A stretch of 64,000 bases of DNA from Macrostomum lignano. Its lineage: Eukaryota. Below the pieces are notes generated by a model that saw only the letters and a list, made by a program, of their open reading frames with translations, ran no database searches and was not told the DNA's origin. The DNA is taken from contig NIVC01003073.1 of assembly GCA_002269645.1 (NCBI GenBank), forward strand, positions 1 through 64,000. The letters run 5' to 3'. Both the position numbers and the translations under genes were made by a program. Shown one piece after another: positions 9,974 through 22,554 of this stretch (positions within the stretch are counted from its first letter, which is position 1; every line of letters begins with the position of its first letter).

Positions 9974-12057
9974 GCTAGAATTAGAAGCAATTAGAATCCG
10001 GATATTTAAGCGTTTTTTCGTGTAGTCGACGAAAGCTTTCAAAACAAGAAATCGATTTTTTATCACGACAAGTCAGCCGCCCCGAGCGACCTTAAGGCGA
10101 CCGTGAGGCGACCGAATGAAAGTGCATAAGAGCTTAGGAAAAACATCCAAAGTACCATTTTTTGCTGAAAATGCTCTCTAGATTGCAATTAAAGTACTCT
10201 AAGAACAAACTCCAAAAATATTTGGGCGATCGTTTGGGCGGCGCCGCCCGCAGTCGCCCCCAGTTTTTTCCCACTGGGAATGTACATATACAATTTGAGA
10301 TAGATAGGGATTAATGCAAGTACATGGGATTAATTTACATATGCTAGTACATATAGAAATATGCTATGTATATGTATATCACGTTTAGGATAGCGTTTTC
10401 ATATACTACTTACTTCATTTTGAGATAGTAGTATAGTTTGCGTTTTTTGCGTCAAAACATCTGAAAACCCAGCAGTTTCTGCGCATTACGTAGTCGCGCG
10501 GTATTTATATACCCACAGAATCAGTGCAGTAAAACAACTGGTAGACCTCTTGTCACACATATACGGTAACCAGTGAAGCATGAGTTTCCAGTGAATTAAT
10601 TTCGCACGTTAGTATGATCTCAGAAGTCATTAGTAATTAATACTAATTAGCGTAATATAAACGATGAATTCTAGGAGCCCTACCACACTTAGAACTAGGC
10701 CCCTAGTTTTCTTTTCAATTTCAGATGGGTGGGCAGCAGAGAAAGCAAAGCACGACAGTCGGGTGAACGATAGTTACCAAATTCTTGTGTATTTACATGC
10801 AGTTTATTTTGCCGTGCAAGAAATGATGCATTGCTTAATTTTTTGAGTTTATTAAAAACTTCAGTGTACGCAGGCCTAGCGGCTTAAATCGATCAATCAA
10901 TTCGTCTGCAAAGTAACTTACAAGCTTACAGGTGATCGATGTAGCTTTATTTCGTTATCGGGATCATGATTTTTAGACTAGATGTGATGTGGATAACTGC
11001 ATTACATGTATATCGCGATTGCACTTGCATGCCACTCGGTCACACCCGCTGCATAACTGCAGAGCATACCTACAGCACAGTCCTGTGATATACATGTATT
11101 ACCATTCAATCTCTATGGATACTGGATAATAATGAATCACAGAGGTCCCAATTATCATAGTAAATGCACTATCGATAAGACAATTATATGTTCTTTAACC
11201 TCCAGCTCGATTTATAAGAAAATCGAATGTAGCGTCCTACTACTCATGTACTCCATCAAGAACTCCGCGACCCATTCCGCGGCGGCGGCTTCAGCATGCT
11301 GGCAATCGACAAAACGCCGAGTACACGCCTGTCCCCGTCAGTGGGGTGCCTGCAGTGTCAGCGGCAGTACGACTGGTCTCCAGCTGGAGTCGCCGACAGC
11401 GCAACAGTTGTCCATGGATAGCTGTTACACACAAACATTGCTAGTCAACCAGAAGCTGCCGGTATGTAGATGCTGTAACTACAAGTTTTCTCTGTCTGTC
11501 AACTGACCCGCGACATCTTACAGAAAAACAACGATTTGCTTCGCAGTTGACATGTAGGACTAGCTAAAGACCTAACAAAAAGGAAGATAAGTTGAAAGGG
11601 TCGCGCGAATTAGCACTAGAGAGCCAGCAGAGAAAGAGCAGAGTGCTTGAATTCATGCCGATCGGCCCTCTGCATCGGCATCGCCTGTCGTGACTTAACA
11701 CTTTGCTTTCGAGCTTTCGAGTGAGTGAGTGAGTGAAAGTCTTGACAACGCGGAATTCAAGGAGGGAGCGGCGCAACAGCCTTTAGGAGAGAAAATTCGT
11801 GTGAGGGAGTAGAGATGGAAATGGAAAGGGGGAGGCTGAAGACGCTGTTTGGAGCCCCGGGAAGAAAATTAAATTTCGTCTCCGGTCCGCTTTTATTAGA
11901 TTCTGACCGGCTCGGTTCGGCTGCATCGCCTCGCCTCTCAGGGCTTCGGTCGTAGGTCATTTGCGCCCTCCATTTTCTAGTGTTTTATTTTTAGTGTATT
12001 CAGCAGCGCTTCCGGCTACTCTGCCATCTTCATCAGTCTCTGTCGATACCAGTGCTT

Positions 12058-12225
12058 TGCTGTCTGTCTGTCTGTCTGCTTGTTTGTCTATCTGCCTGTC
12101 TGTCCGTCTGTCTGTCTGTCTGTCTGCCTGTTTGTCTGTCTGTCTGTCTGTAGTGTCTGTCTGTTTGTCAGAGTGTCTGTCTGTCTGTCCGTCTGTCTGT
12201 CTGTCCGTCTGTCTGTCTGTCTGTG

Positions 12226-12256
<31 letters not shown>

Positions 12257-12257
12257 G

Positions 12258-12330
<73 letters not shown>

Positions 12331-12375
12331 GTGTCTGTGTCTATCTTAGTGTCTCTCTGTCCATGTCTGTCTGTC
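12058..12375. repeat. (TGTC)n microsatellite
   Basis: Direct inspection. Confidence 0.95.
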
Positions 12376-13244
12376 TTCTTCTTATCCCAGATCTGCTAGA
12401 ATTCTAGCCTTTGATCGATTCACTTCTAGTATTCCAAGGCGCAACCCAAAACACACTGATGTTACATCAGCACGGGCTGTTCAACATCTATTCAAAACCC
12501 TTTTGACAATTATCGAACCAATTTCCTTTTCACCAAATGACCTCTCAGCACTCGGCTCCTCTCTTTCTGGCCTTGTCCCCACAGGCCGGCAGTCTATCAT
12601 ACTCGCTACTGCAAATCGAGTTTCCATCACTCTACAGCCAGCCTGGCCCAGCCAGCCAGAATACTAAAGAAAGCAATTCAGCCGACGTTGCTTGCTTTTT
12701 TGCTGCTGTTGCCGTTGTCTGTGTTCAGTTTGTAACCCGGCGTGACGCAATCAAACCCTGCAATTTACAGGCTTAATTGCGCGCTGTCGCTGCAGTTACG
12801 CTTTTTGCTATGCGTACTTCGGGTGCCGTCCATCTACCTTCATCTCAGCAGCAAAATGTAAAGGGTAATTGAAAGCTTGCATGCGAGCCAGCTGAGTGTG
12901 TTTTTGTGACCTCTATACGAGTTATAGGGCTGGAACTGGCCTGCGCAATGGACTGACTAACTTTTTTGGGTAGGTAGCTTCCCCTGTGACACGAATAGTT
13001 GCTGCTAAAGGCGTGAAGTCAGCACTGCTAAGCACTAGTGCGCGTTCATGTTGGCGCATATGAGAGCACCACCTGCCATGCTGAACGTTAATTTATGCGC
13101 GCATATCTGCACGAACCGCTTTTTCGATTAGTTCTACCTAGATTTCAAATACTCTCGTATATGCTAGTACTTGCAGGTCTGCTTCTCGCCAGACCAAGGT
13201 CAAACCCAATGTGCTAACAAGCTGTAGCACTGACAGTCAGTCAT

Positions 13245-13343
13245 CTCTCTTCTCCCTCTCTCTCGCTCTCGCTCTCTTCTCTCTCGCTCTCTTCCTCTCT
13301 CTTCTCCCTCTCTCTCGCTCTCGCTCTCTTCTCTCTCGCTCTC

Positions 13344-13387
<44 letters not shown>

Positions 13388-13990
13388 CTCCCTCTCTTCT
13401 CTCTCTCTCTTCTCTCTCGCTCCTTTCTCCCTCTCTCTCTCTTCTCTCTCTTCTCTCTCGCTCTCTTCTCCCTCTCCCTCTTCTCTCTCGCTCTCTTCTC
13501 CCTCTCTCTCTCTCTCTTCTCCCTCCCTCTCTTCTCTCTCTCTCTTCTCTCTCGCTCCTTTTTCCCCCTCTCTCTCTTCTCTCTCTTCTCTCTCGCTCTC
13601 TTCTCCCTCTCCCTCTTCTCTCTCGCTCTCTTCTCCCTCTCTCTCTCTCTCTTCTCCCTCCCTCTCTTCTCTCTCTCTCTTCTCTCTCGCTCCTTTCTCC
13701 CTCTCTCTCTCTTCTCTCTCGCTCCTTTCTCCCTCTCTCTCTCTTCTCTCTCTTCTCTCTCGCTCTCTTCTCTCTCTCGCTCTCTTCTCTCTCTCGCTCC
13801 TTTCTCCCTCTCTCTCTCTCTTCTCTCTCTTCTCTCTCGCTCTCTTCTCTCTCTCGCTCTCTTCTCTCTCTCGCTCCTTTCTCCCTCTCTCTCTCTTCTC
13901 TCTCTTCTCTCTCTCGCTCTCTTCTCGCTCTCGCTCTCGCTCTCTTCTCGCCCTCGCTCTCTTCTCCCTCTCGCTCTCTTCTCCCTTTCT
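13245..13990. repeat. (CT)n-rich low-complexity tract
   Basis: Direct inspection. Confidence 0.95.
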
Positions 13991-14644
13991 TCTCCCTATT
14001 TCCCTCCTCTTCCCTTTCATTCCCCCATAGCCGGCTCCTTTACCCCTTCTCTCTATCGGCATAGCAGACCCAGACAGGCCCGCAACCAAACAGAGGGACA
14101 CCGCCACCCCTGGGTCCTCAAAAATTTCAATCTAGCAATCTACTAGAGCAATCGGGTCTACAGCGAGTGCCAGCAGTTTATCTCTGCTGCAGCATCCTCC
14201 ATCAGACTGAAGTGGCTCCTAGCGCTTGCCCGGCTCACAGCCATAAAATATTTATCGCCCTGACCTCAGAAGCCCGCATGTGGATGAGTGCAGCAGCTCA
14301 TCCTGCATGACTCAAACCAGCTGCATATTCATCCAGCCTTGTGCTTCTGGTTGGCATTAAAATTTCAATAAACTGTGCTGCCATTTCCTCATTAAATTGA
14401 CTGAATGACACTTTCACATTATTAAAGGGTATTGGCCTGAGCTCTGCTCCACCCCGTGAGAGTCTCGTGGGCTTTGAAAATTTCAAATTTAAAAAATCCA
14501 ACAAATAATCCGATTGACGATGTGTGGAGCTCTGCAGCCTCTGCTGGCATTTCATTTTTTGAGGAACTGCAGGGCTCATCTGGCCTGTGCGCCCTCCGTG
14601 ACTTATTCTTGACTTCCCTTCTGTCTTTCCGTTCACTCTTCTCT

Positions 14645-15355
14645 GTGTCGTGTCCTGTCCTGTCCTGTCCTGTCCTATATTTCTCTTTGTCCTGTCCTGT
14701 CCTGTCCTGTCCTGTCCTGTCCTGTCCTTTCCTGTCTTGTATTTCTCTCTGTCCTGTCCTGTCCTGTCCTGTCCTGTCCTATATTTCTCTTTGTCATGTC
14801 CTGTCCTGTCCTGTCCTGTCCTGTCCTGTCCTGTCCTTTCCTGTCTTGTATTTCTCTCTGTCCTGTCCTGTCCTGTCCTGTCCTGTCCTGTCCTATATTT
14901 CTCTTTGTCATGTCCTGTCCTGTCATATCCTGTCCTGTTCTATATTTCTCTTTGTCATGTCCTGTCCTGTCCTGTCCTGTCCTGTCCTTTCCTGTCTTGT
15001 ATTTCTCTCTGTCCTGTCCTGTCCTGTCCTGTCCTGTCCTGTCCTGTCCTTTCCTGTCTTGTATTTCTCTCTGTCCTGTCCTGTCCTGTCCTGTCCTGTC
15101 CTGTCCTGTCCTGTCCTGTCCTGTCCTGTCCTGTCCTGTCCTGTCTTGTATTTCTCTCTGTCCTGTCCTGTCCTGTCCTGTCCTGTCCTGTCCTGTCCTG
15201 TCCTGTCTTGTATTTCTCTCTGTCCTGTCCTGTCCTGTCCTGTCCTGTCCTGTCCTGTCCTGTCCTGTCCTGTCCTGTCTTGTATTTCTCTCTGTCCTGT
15301 CCTGTCCTGTCCTGTCCTGTCCTGTCCTGTCCTGTCCTGTCCTGTCATATCCTGT
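14645..15355. repeat. (TGTCC)n satellite with recurring TTGTATTTCTCTC inserts
   Basis: Direct inspection. Confidence 0.95.
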
Positions 15356-15849
15356 CCTCTCCTTTCCTCGTCCAACCATCCTCGTCTTCTACAACTCAGA
15401 CAAGATACAAGCGGACAGACTAAGAAAGCTAAGAGGACTGAAGCAGTGCAGCTGCTAATCCAATTGAGCGCCGATAACTGCATGCCAGAACATTATTGGC
15501 TGCAATCAGCGGCTCTGCACTCCTGGCAACACTGATGGCCGGCCCACTTGACCCATGCTAAACTGGCACTCCATGTCCAACTGCTTTTACCAGTGCACTT
15601 GGCAACCAAGCCGAGCTGTCAAGAGGAGGTGAAACTTGATAGCTAGCTAAGGGACAGGCGGACTGTCTGGGGATGAGAGGAGGCTGGGCCTGGCTTCACA
15701 TCTTATCTGACTAGCTATCTGCCCAGCAACCATTGGTCTTCTGTTGACTGCGTACTGGGTGGAACCTGCGTTCAATGGTGAAGTTTTAAAAAAAATTTTT
15801 GCAGATTTCCAATCAGGACACAGTCACCCCATTTATATATCCCAATCTC

Positions 15850-16210
15850 TCCCTTGATTTATCTCAATCTCACTCTTCATCTAACCCAATCTCACCCTTC
15901 ATCCAAACCCTATCTCACCGTTCATCTAAACACTATCTCACCCTTCATCTAAACCCTATCTCACCCTTCATCTAAACCCTATCTCACCTCTCTTTTAACC
16001 CAATCTCACCCTTCATCTTTCCTAATCTCACCCTTTATCTTTCCTAATCTCATCTCCCATCTATCCCAATCTCACCCTTCATCTTTCCCATTCTCATCTC
16101 CCATCTATCCCAATCTCGCTCTCAAGCTATTCCAGACTCACACTTTGTCTAACTCAATCTCACCCTTCATCTATTCTAGTCTCACCCTCTGCTAAATCTC
16201 TAATCTCACC
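15850..16210. repeat. Degenerate ~21-bp repeat (ATCTCACCCTTCATCT core)
   Basis: Direct inspection. Confidence 0.8.
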
Positions 16211-16920
16211 ATTCAAAAATCCCCTCCCCTCGAAGATGCTTCTCCCAGCTGCAAGCTACAGGACAACCTCAACCTCAGTTTTTCCCTAATTTGCATTTAT
16301 TCCCCAGCAGACCCTCCTGGGGAGCAGACGCGGAGCAGACGCGGGACCAGAACAGCAATTGGGAGCCGAGACGCATGAGGGGATTTTAATCCTCATGGGA
16401 GCTGCCATGCAGCCGGCAGCAACAGCAGTATCTTGATCTTCACCCCCTTTGCCTTTCCTCCCAAACTACCGGCTAACCGCCGCCATCATATAACCGTGGC
16501 CGTTGGTTGCTAAGGCAGGGCGGCTACCGCCGCCATCATATAGCCGTGGCCGTTGGTTGCTGAGACAGCGAGCGGCCCACAAGAAAACTCGATTAGCAAA
16601 ATTCTGGGCAGCTCTTAACTGCCTGTGTGGCCTTGAATGTCGAGGAAGGGGAGACGGTTAAAAAGAACGTCGAGTACATTTCTTATCGCTTAATTCTGAT
16701 GATGAACTGGGGGAGGCTGTGGGGCTTTTCATAATTTTATGGAGGCCTGCAGCTGCATCTGAAAGCTCGCCCCAGCTTTTTCTAAGAATTCCCAGGGCGT
16801 AAATGCTGGCTGCTTAGCTGCGATTCCTTGGCGTGGCTTTTGTACTTTTCTGGCAGGGGCGGCTCTGAATGTCTGTATGTGAGATCTACTTGTATATATT
16901 CTGGTTTTTTCCCGGTTAAC

Positions 16921-17660
16921 ATGGCGCCCCCGATGCTCACCAGTTGGCGCCCGCGATGCTCACCAGTTGGCGCCCCCGATGCTCACCAGTTGCTGGCGCC
17001 CCCGATGCTCACCAGTTGGCGCCCGCGATTCTCACCAGTTGCTGGCGCCCCCGATGCTCACCAGTTGCTGGCGCCCCCGATGCTCACCAGTTGGCGCCCC
17101 CGATGCTCACCAGTTGGCGCCCGCGATGCTCACCAGTTGCTGGCGCCCCCGATGCTCACCAGTTGGCGCCCGCGATTCTCACCAGTTGCTGGCGCCCCCG
17201 ATGCTCACCAGTTGGCGCCCGCGATGCTCATCAGTTGCTGGCGCCCCCGATGCTCACCAGTTGGCGCCCCTAATGCTCACCAGTTGGCGCCCCCAATGCT
17301 CACCAGTTGGCGCCCCCGATGCTCACCAGTTGGCGCCCGCGATGCTCACCAGTTGGCGCCCCCCATTGCTCACCAGTTGGCGCCCTCGATGCTCACCAGT
17401 TGGCGCCCCCCATTGCTCACCAGTTGGCGCCCCCGATGCTCACCAGTTGGCGCCCCTAATGCTCACCAGTTGGCGCCCCCGATGCTCACCAGTTGGCGCC
17501 CCCGATGCTCACCAGTTGGCGCCCCCAATGCTCACCAGTTGGCGCCCCCGATGCTTACCTTGGCGCCTCCCCGTAATCATCTTGGCGCCTCCCCATAATC
17601 ATCTTTGCTCCTCCCCATAGTCATCTTGGCGCCCCTGATGTTTACTTTGGCGCCCCCAGT
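16921..17660. repeat. 23-26-bp minisatellite (TGGCGCCCCCGATGCTCACCAGT)
   Basis: Direct inspection. Confidence 0.95.
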
Positions 17661-18039
17661 GCTCACTGCACTTCTTCAGGCATTTTGGCTGTCAAACTGT
17701 GGTTGTTGATCATAGCAGCTGTGAATTATAGCATCTCATATATATATTTCACCTTGTAAAATGTGTGATAAGTTCATGAAAATAGGATGCTAATATACAC
17801 GGATGTAGCTTGTATATTTCCAAAAATGGTTCTGCAGCTTCAATCAGTGCTATATTTTCAGTCATGACGGGGCTCAGATTGAATCCAATAAATGGATCGG
17901 TGGCCTATTTATAACTCCAACACGGCCGTGTCTGCCATCCTGCACTGATCTTCACCTCTTCACCTGTCTTTATTTGGCTCCTTTTGACGCTGGCGTTCTG
18001 TGACATTATCCCTCATTTAGGGGGGTGAAAAGAGGAATG

Positions 18040-18290
18040 AGAAGGGAGTGAGAAGGGGGTGAGAAGGAGAGTGGGAAGGGGACTGGGAAGGGGAGTGAGA
18101 AGGGGAGTGGGAAGGGGAGTGGGAAGGGGAGTGAGAAGGGGAATGAGAAGGGGAGTGGGAAGGGGAGTGAAAATGAAATGGAAGGGGAGTAAGATGGAGA
18201 ATGAGACGTGGAATGAGAAAGGGAGTGAGAGGGGAGTGAAATATGGATTGAGTGGGGGGAATAAGAAGGGGAATGAGATGGGGTGGTAAA
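18040..18290. repeat. 12-bp purine-rich repeat (GAAGGGGAGTGR)
   Basis: Direct inspection. Confidence 0.85.
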
Positions 18291-18929
18291 TTAACGGGGT
18301 AGAGGAACGCGGGTACCAGGAGTCAAGAGGCAGGGCTACAAGACAAAGCCTTTTAAAGTCTGAACCAGCGGAGTGAAGGAGCGCCATAAAGGAAAGATTT
18401 CTAGCGGAAATCTGTGCCCAAATAAAGTCAACAATCAATGCTTACAGAGCCACCCCAATGCAGCTCAGGCATCACAGGCGTTCAATGGTTGTGCAAACAT
18501 TTCGTATTGCAAATCTGGAGAGCGCTACATGCAAGTACAGATCGTTTGCAGCACAGGCCATTTCATAAGCAGAGCGCCTGGAACTGATCCGTCCGCCAGT
18601 GTGATGGATGGCAACAATGCCGTGGGAAATTATTAATAACAATGTATGAGAAACATGGACTCCAATTCAAATTAGCAGCACAGTGTTTTGCTCAGACTTA
18701 TCTGCATCAAATCACTGGTACTGTTGACGCATTGGGGATGTGCTGTAGTCTGCTTCCCTTCAAGCAGAAGCCGTCACCTGCTCTTCATCAGATTGTGGTT
18801 GACTGGGTGCAAAACTTGGCATTGGTTTTTGCACTGCGCTTTTGGGGCGTTCTAGATCGGAAAAGCTTGGAATCAGGAATTGGATATGGTTTCTGCAGGT
18901 TTACCAGATGATCCTGGAACAATTTGAAG

Positions 18930-19420
18930 GTTGAAAGAACAAGATAGAGGATCCTGAAGGTTTCGATAAGAAGCTAGAGGGTCCTGAAGGCTTTGGTAAG
19001 AAGCTAGAGGGTCCTGAAGATTTCGATAAGAAGCTAAAGGATGCTGAAGGCTTTGAGAAGAAGTTAAAGGATGCTGAAGGCTTTGGTAAGAAGCTAGAGG
19101 ATGCTGAAGGTTTTGATCAGAAGCTAGAGAATCCTGAAGGTTTTGATTAGAAGCTAGAGAATCCTGAAGGTTTTGATCAGAAGCTAGAGAATCCTGAAGG
19201 TTTTGATCAGAAGCTAGAGAATCCTGAAGGTTTTGATTAGAAGCTAGAGAATCCTGAAGGTTTTGATTAGAAGCTAGAGAATCCTGAAGGTTTTGGTCAG
19301 AAGCTAGAGAATCCTGAAGGTTTTGATCAGAAGCTAGAGAATCCTGAAGGTTTTGATTAGAAGCTAGAGGGTCCCAAATGTTTTAGTAGCTGTTAAGAAG
19401 CTAGAGAATCCTGAATATTC
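18930..19420. repeat. 30-bp minisatellite (AGAAGCTAGAGAATCCTGAAGGTTTTGATY)
   Basis: Direct inspection. Confidence 0.92.
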
Positions 19421-19938
19421 CAAAAGTCAAACTGATAAATATTAACACGCTACCAGAAACATCACTAATGCTCATTTAGGTCTCAGTCCATCTAGAACCG
19501 ATCCAACTGCTTATCTAGCGCTAGGTGGTCTTCAAATTAAAATTGCACGCATTGAACCCTACACAAGCTCAAAAACCTCGAGCAGCATGTGAGTTAACAG
19601 GGCCAACGTCCCAGTGCAGCGTTCATTTTTTGATGGATGATTTTTTCCCGCTGAAAATCTGCTCTGAAAATTTCCTGGTAAAACACGAAAGAACTGGCAG
19701 GCCGGAGGGGGTGCTGCGAGGGAGAGATGCGGAGAGGAGAATAAGGAGAGCAGAGTCCACTCAGACAGCACGGGAGAGGCTGCAGTGAAGACAGCGACCG
19801 CTGGGTAAAACATGTGAATCAGGCTGATAGCCAAATCTCTTTGAAACTGACTGTCAAGACTTCATTTCCTGCGACTGTCTGCTTCCAGGGGCTGCATGAT
19901 CGGAATGAATGGCGACTGGCAAAGGACAGAGTGAAACG

Positions 19939-19940
<2 letters not shown>

Positions 19941-19987
<47 letters not shown>

Positions 19988-20010
19988 GGCAAGCAGACAG
20001 ACAGATATAT

Positions 20011-20095
<85 letters not shown>

Positions 20096-20096
20096 C

Positions 20097-20179
<83 letters not shown>

Positions 20180-20184
20180 CAGAC

Positions 20185-20247
<63 letters not shown>

Positions 20248-20248
20248 C

Positions 20249-20335
<87 letters not shown>

Positions 20336-20345
20336 CAGATAGATA
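19941..20345. repeat. (GATA)n/(GACA)n microsatellite
   Basis: Direct inspection. Confidence 0.97.
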
Positions 20346-20883
20346 TAGTTAGACAGGCATAGGAAATTTGAGCAGGCCGCGGATGTGGCAGAGCCGTGAG
20401 CCCCGCACATTCCTCACTGCCCGGGATGGGGGCAGAGCTGCAGTGCGCAGCCGGGCAGGGCAGGCTGAGGCTGCACCGCCCGGTTCCGGCGCCATGCGCC
20501 CCCACCCCCCCTGCCCTGCCTGATTGGCAAGCGGCCGTCCAATGGCCGAGGCAGCAGGCAGGAGAGGCTGAAATTCCTGCCTTCAGTGCGCTGTCGCCTC
20601 AGCGCCCTTCGCCTTCTCCTTCCCCCCCCCCCCAGCCCGGCGGCAGGGCATTAAAGTGTGAGCAAGCCGAGGTGCGCTGCCCCCTCAGTAGGAAACACTG
20701 CGGCAGCTTTTCGATTTCCTTCCACCCAGCCCCACCCCCGAGAGTAAGCCGAGAGCTCACGGAACTCTTTGAGCTCGGGTACCGGCAGGCAGCTTGGCCT
20801 CCTCAACCTGAGAGCCGCTCCAACCCCCATGCTTGGGGCTCCCTGCCGGCCTTCAAAACTGTTGAGATGACCGCGGCGTCGCG

Positions 20884-22554
20884 ATGAGCATCTTCTCAAG
20901 GAAGTCGCGCGCTGCGGAGCCTCCGCCTCAGCCGCACGGCCGGGCGGTCACGCAGCCGCTGGCCATCCGGGTCGGCCCGGCCAGCCGCCCGCAGTCCGGC
21001 CACATCGGCGGCTACTCGGCCACCATCGCGGCTGCCGAATCCTGGCGGCCCGGCTGCGACGCCGGCGGCTCCGTGGCGCTGCGCAGGCGGCCGCAGCTGG
21101 TGACCCCCTGCCCCGCGCATGGCAGCTACGGCCTCAGCCCCAGGAAGCCGCCGCCACCGGCTGGCGTGGCGCCGCGGGCCGACTTCTACGGCAGCTACTT
21201 TTACCCCGGCCAGGACGACCGGCGGAGCAGCGCCGGCTCCCAGCGGTTCGCCACGGTGGCCAACCGGCTGTCCTTCGCTTTCGAGGTCGGCTCGCTGCCG
21301 CAGCTCGTCACCAACCTGCCGGCGGACGCCGCCCAGCCGCCCGACCATCCGATCCCGACGCCGCCGCCGACGCCGCCGGTCCGGCCGGCTGCCGATCATC
21401 AGTCGCGGGCGTCGCAGCTGTCCGAGACTCCGATTAAGAACAGCTGGAGCCGGGAGCAGCAGGAGCAACAGCAGCAGCAGCAGCAGCAACAGAGCGTCCC
21501 CGGAGCCATCGGCAGCCTGACCTCAATCGTGCAGTTCATGCGCCGCACCAACAGCACCTGCAGCGCGGACTCGCAGTTCAAAGTCACCCTGCGCAAGAGC
21601 CGCAGCCGGAGCCGGCGGTCACGTGACCTGCCCAGGCTGCGCTTCCTGCCGGCGCTGTCGCGGTCGCCGAGCTCCTCCGGGCGCGGCTACGAGGTGATCG
21701 ACAGCCACCCGACCGTGCTGTACCGGCCGCGCTACTTCGCCCAGCGCCGCTCCCTTGTCGAAGGGCTGGAGAAGCTGCACCTGTTCGGCGAGCTGGACCC
21801 CGAGGACGGTCTGGATCTCCTGGACGATCCCAGCGAACGGCGCGGCAGCCGGCGGCGTCGGCAACGTCGGGACTCGTGTCCGAGCAAACTGCTGGGCGGC
21901 GACGGCGCCGACGACCTTGGCCGGAGCGCCTCCGACCACGGCAACGCCAGCCAGCCGCGGCGCATCGGCGAGGTGCGCCAGGAGGCCAGCCTGCGGCGCC
22001 GCTGCCGCACCTTCTCGCGGCCGCGGGACGGCCCGCCGCCGAAGAGCCCCCTGCCGGTGCCGCGCCGGGACCGCAGCCAGCACGCCTTCTACTTCTTCCA
22101 CGTGCGCACGTGGAACCTGGCGCAGACCGAGTCGTTTCTGTTCGACACCATCGTGACGCTGCTGGCCAGGCGGCACTCCTGCACCCTGCGGCTGCTGCCA
22201 CAGGAGGAGGCGCAGGACCTGCCGGACGGACTGCGCCGCGTGGAGGTGGCCGGCCCGAGCCTGAAGGACATCAAGCGGTTTCTGTACTACCTGACCACCA
22301 GCGAGGAGACGGTGAGCCTGCAGCGCCAGATCCAGGAGCGGTACACCCTGAGCCGCGGCCTGACCGGCCACTTGGGAGGCGTCGACGTCAACGGAGGAGG
22401 AACTGGAGGAGGAGGACCTTCGCCGGCCTTCAGCGCGCGGCTGTGGCGAGCGAACTCGGTGTCGGCGACAACCGAAGCGGCTACGGATGTCCGGCTGAGG
22501 CAGGCGGCGGGGTCTGCGGGCGGATCGCGGAGTCGGGTGAACGGCTGCGACTGA
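20884..22554 (+). CDS. Intronless 556-aa protein of unknown function (Pro/Arg-rich, polyQ, possible degenerate KH-like C-terminal domain)
   Basis: Long ATG-to-TGA ORF with the same strong GC3 bias as the exons of the recognised genes here. AATAAA at 23717. No family recognised with confidence. Confidence 0.7.
   Translation: MSIFSRKSRAAEPPPQPHGRAVTQPLAIRVGPASRPQSGHIGGYSATIAAAESWRPGCDAGGSVALRRRPQLVTPCPAHGSYGLSPRKPPPPAGVAPRADFYGSYFYPGQDDRRSSAGSQRFATVANRLSFAFEVGSLPQLVTNLPADAAQPPDHPIPTPPPTPPVRPAADHQSRASQLSETPIKNSWSREQQEQQQQQQQQQSVPGAIGSLTSIVQFMRRTNSTCSADSQFKVTLRKSRSRSRRSRDLPRLRFLPALSRSPSSSGRGYEVIDSHPTVLYRPRYFAQRRSLVEGLEKLHLFGELDPEDGLDLLDDPSERRGSRRRRQRRDSCPSKLLGGDGADDLGRSASDHGNASQPRRIGEVRQEASLRRRCRTFSRPRDGPPPKSPLPVPRRDRSQHAFYFFHVRTWNLAQTESFLFDTIVTLLARRHSCTLRLLPQEEAQDLPDGLRRVEVAGPSLKDIKRFLYYLTTSEETVSLQRQIQERYTLSRGLTGHLGGVDVNGGGTGGGGPSPAFSARLWRANSVSATTEAATDVRLRQAAGSAGGSRSRVNGCD

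Larger units (their letters stand above)
8401..10276. mobile_element. Candidate non-autonomous TIR (hAT-like) element
   Basis: Termini CAGTGGGAA...TTCCCACTG. Flanks CATGTA (left, cut by the LTR) and GGAATGTA (right) share ATGTA. No transposase seen. Confidence 0.35.

Noticed and set aside
14298-14636. 112-aa minus-strand ORF with protein-like composition (also 18373-18911 on +)
   Set aside because: No motif recognised and no consistent splice model; possibly TE debris.
16921-17660. TGGCGCCC repeated ~28 times, identical to the first 8 nt of the element's PBS
   Set aside because: The match never extends beyond 8-9 nt, and the motif is a common GC-rich NarI-type word.
18930-19420. 30-bp unit translating as a DQKLENPEGF decapeptide repeat
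   Set aside because: Several units carry TAG in that frame, and there is no start or splice context.
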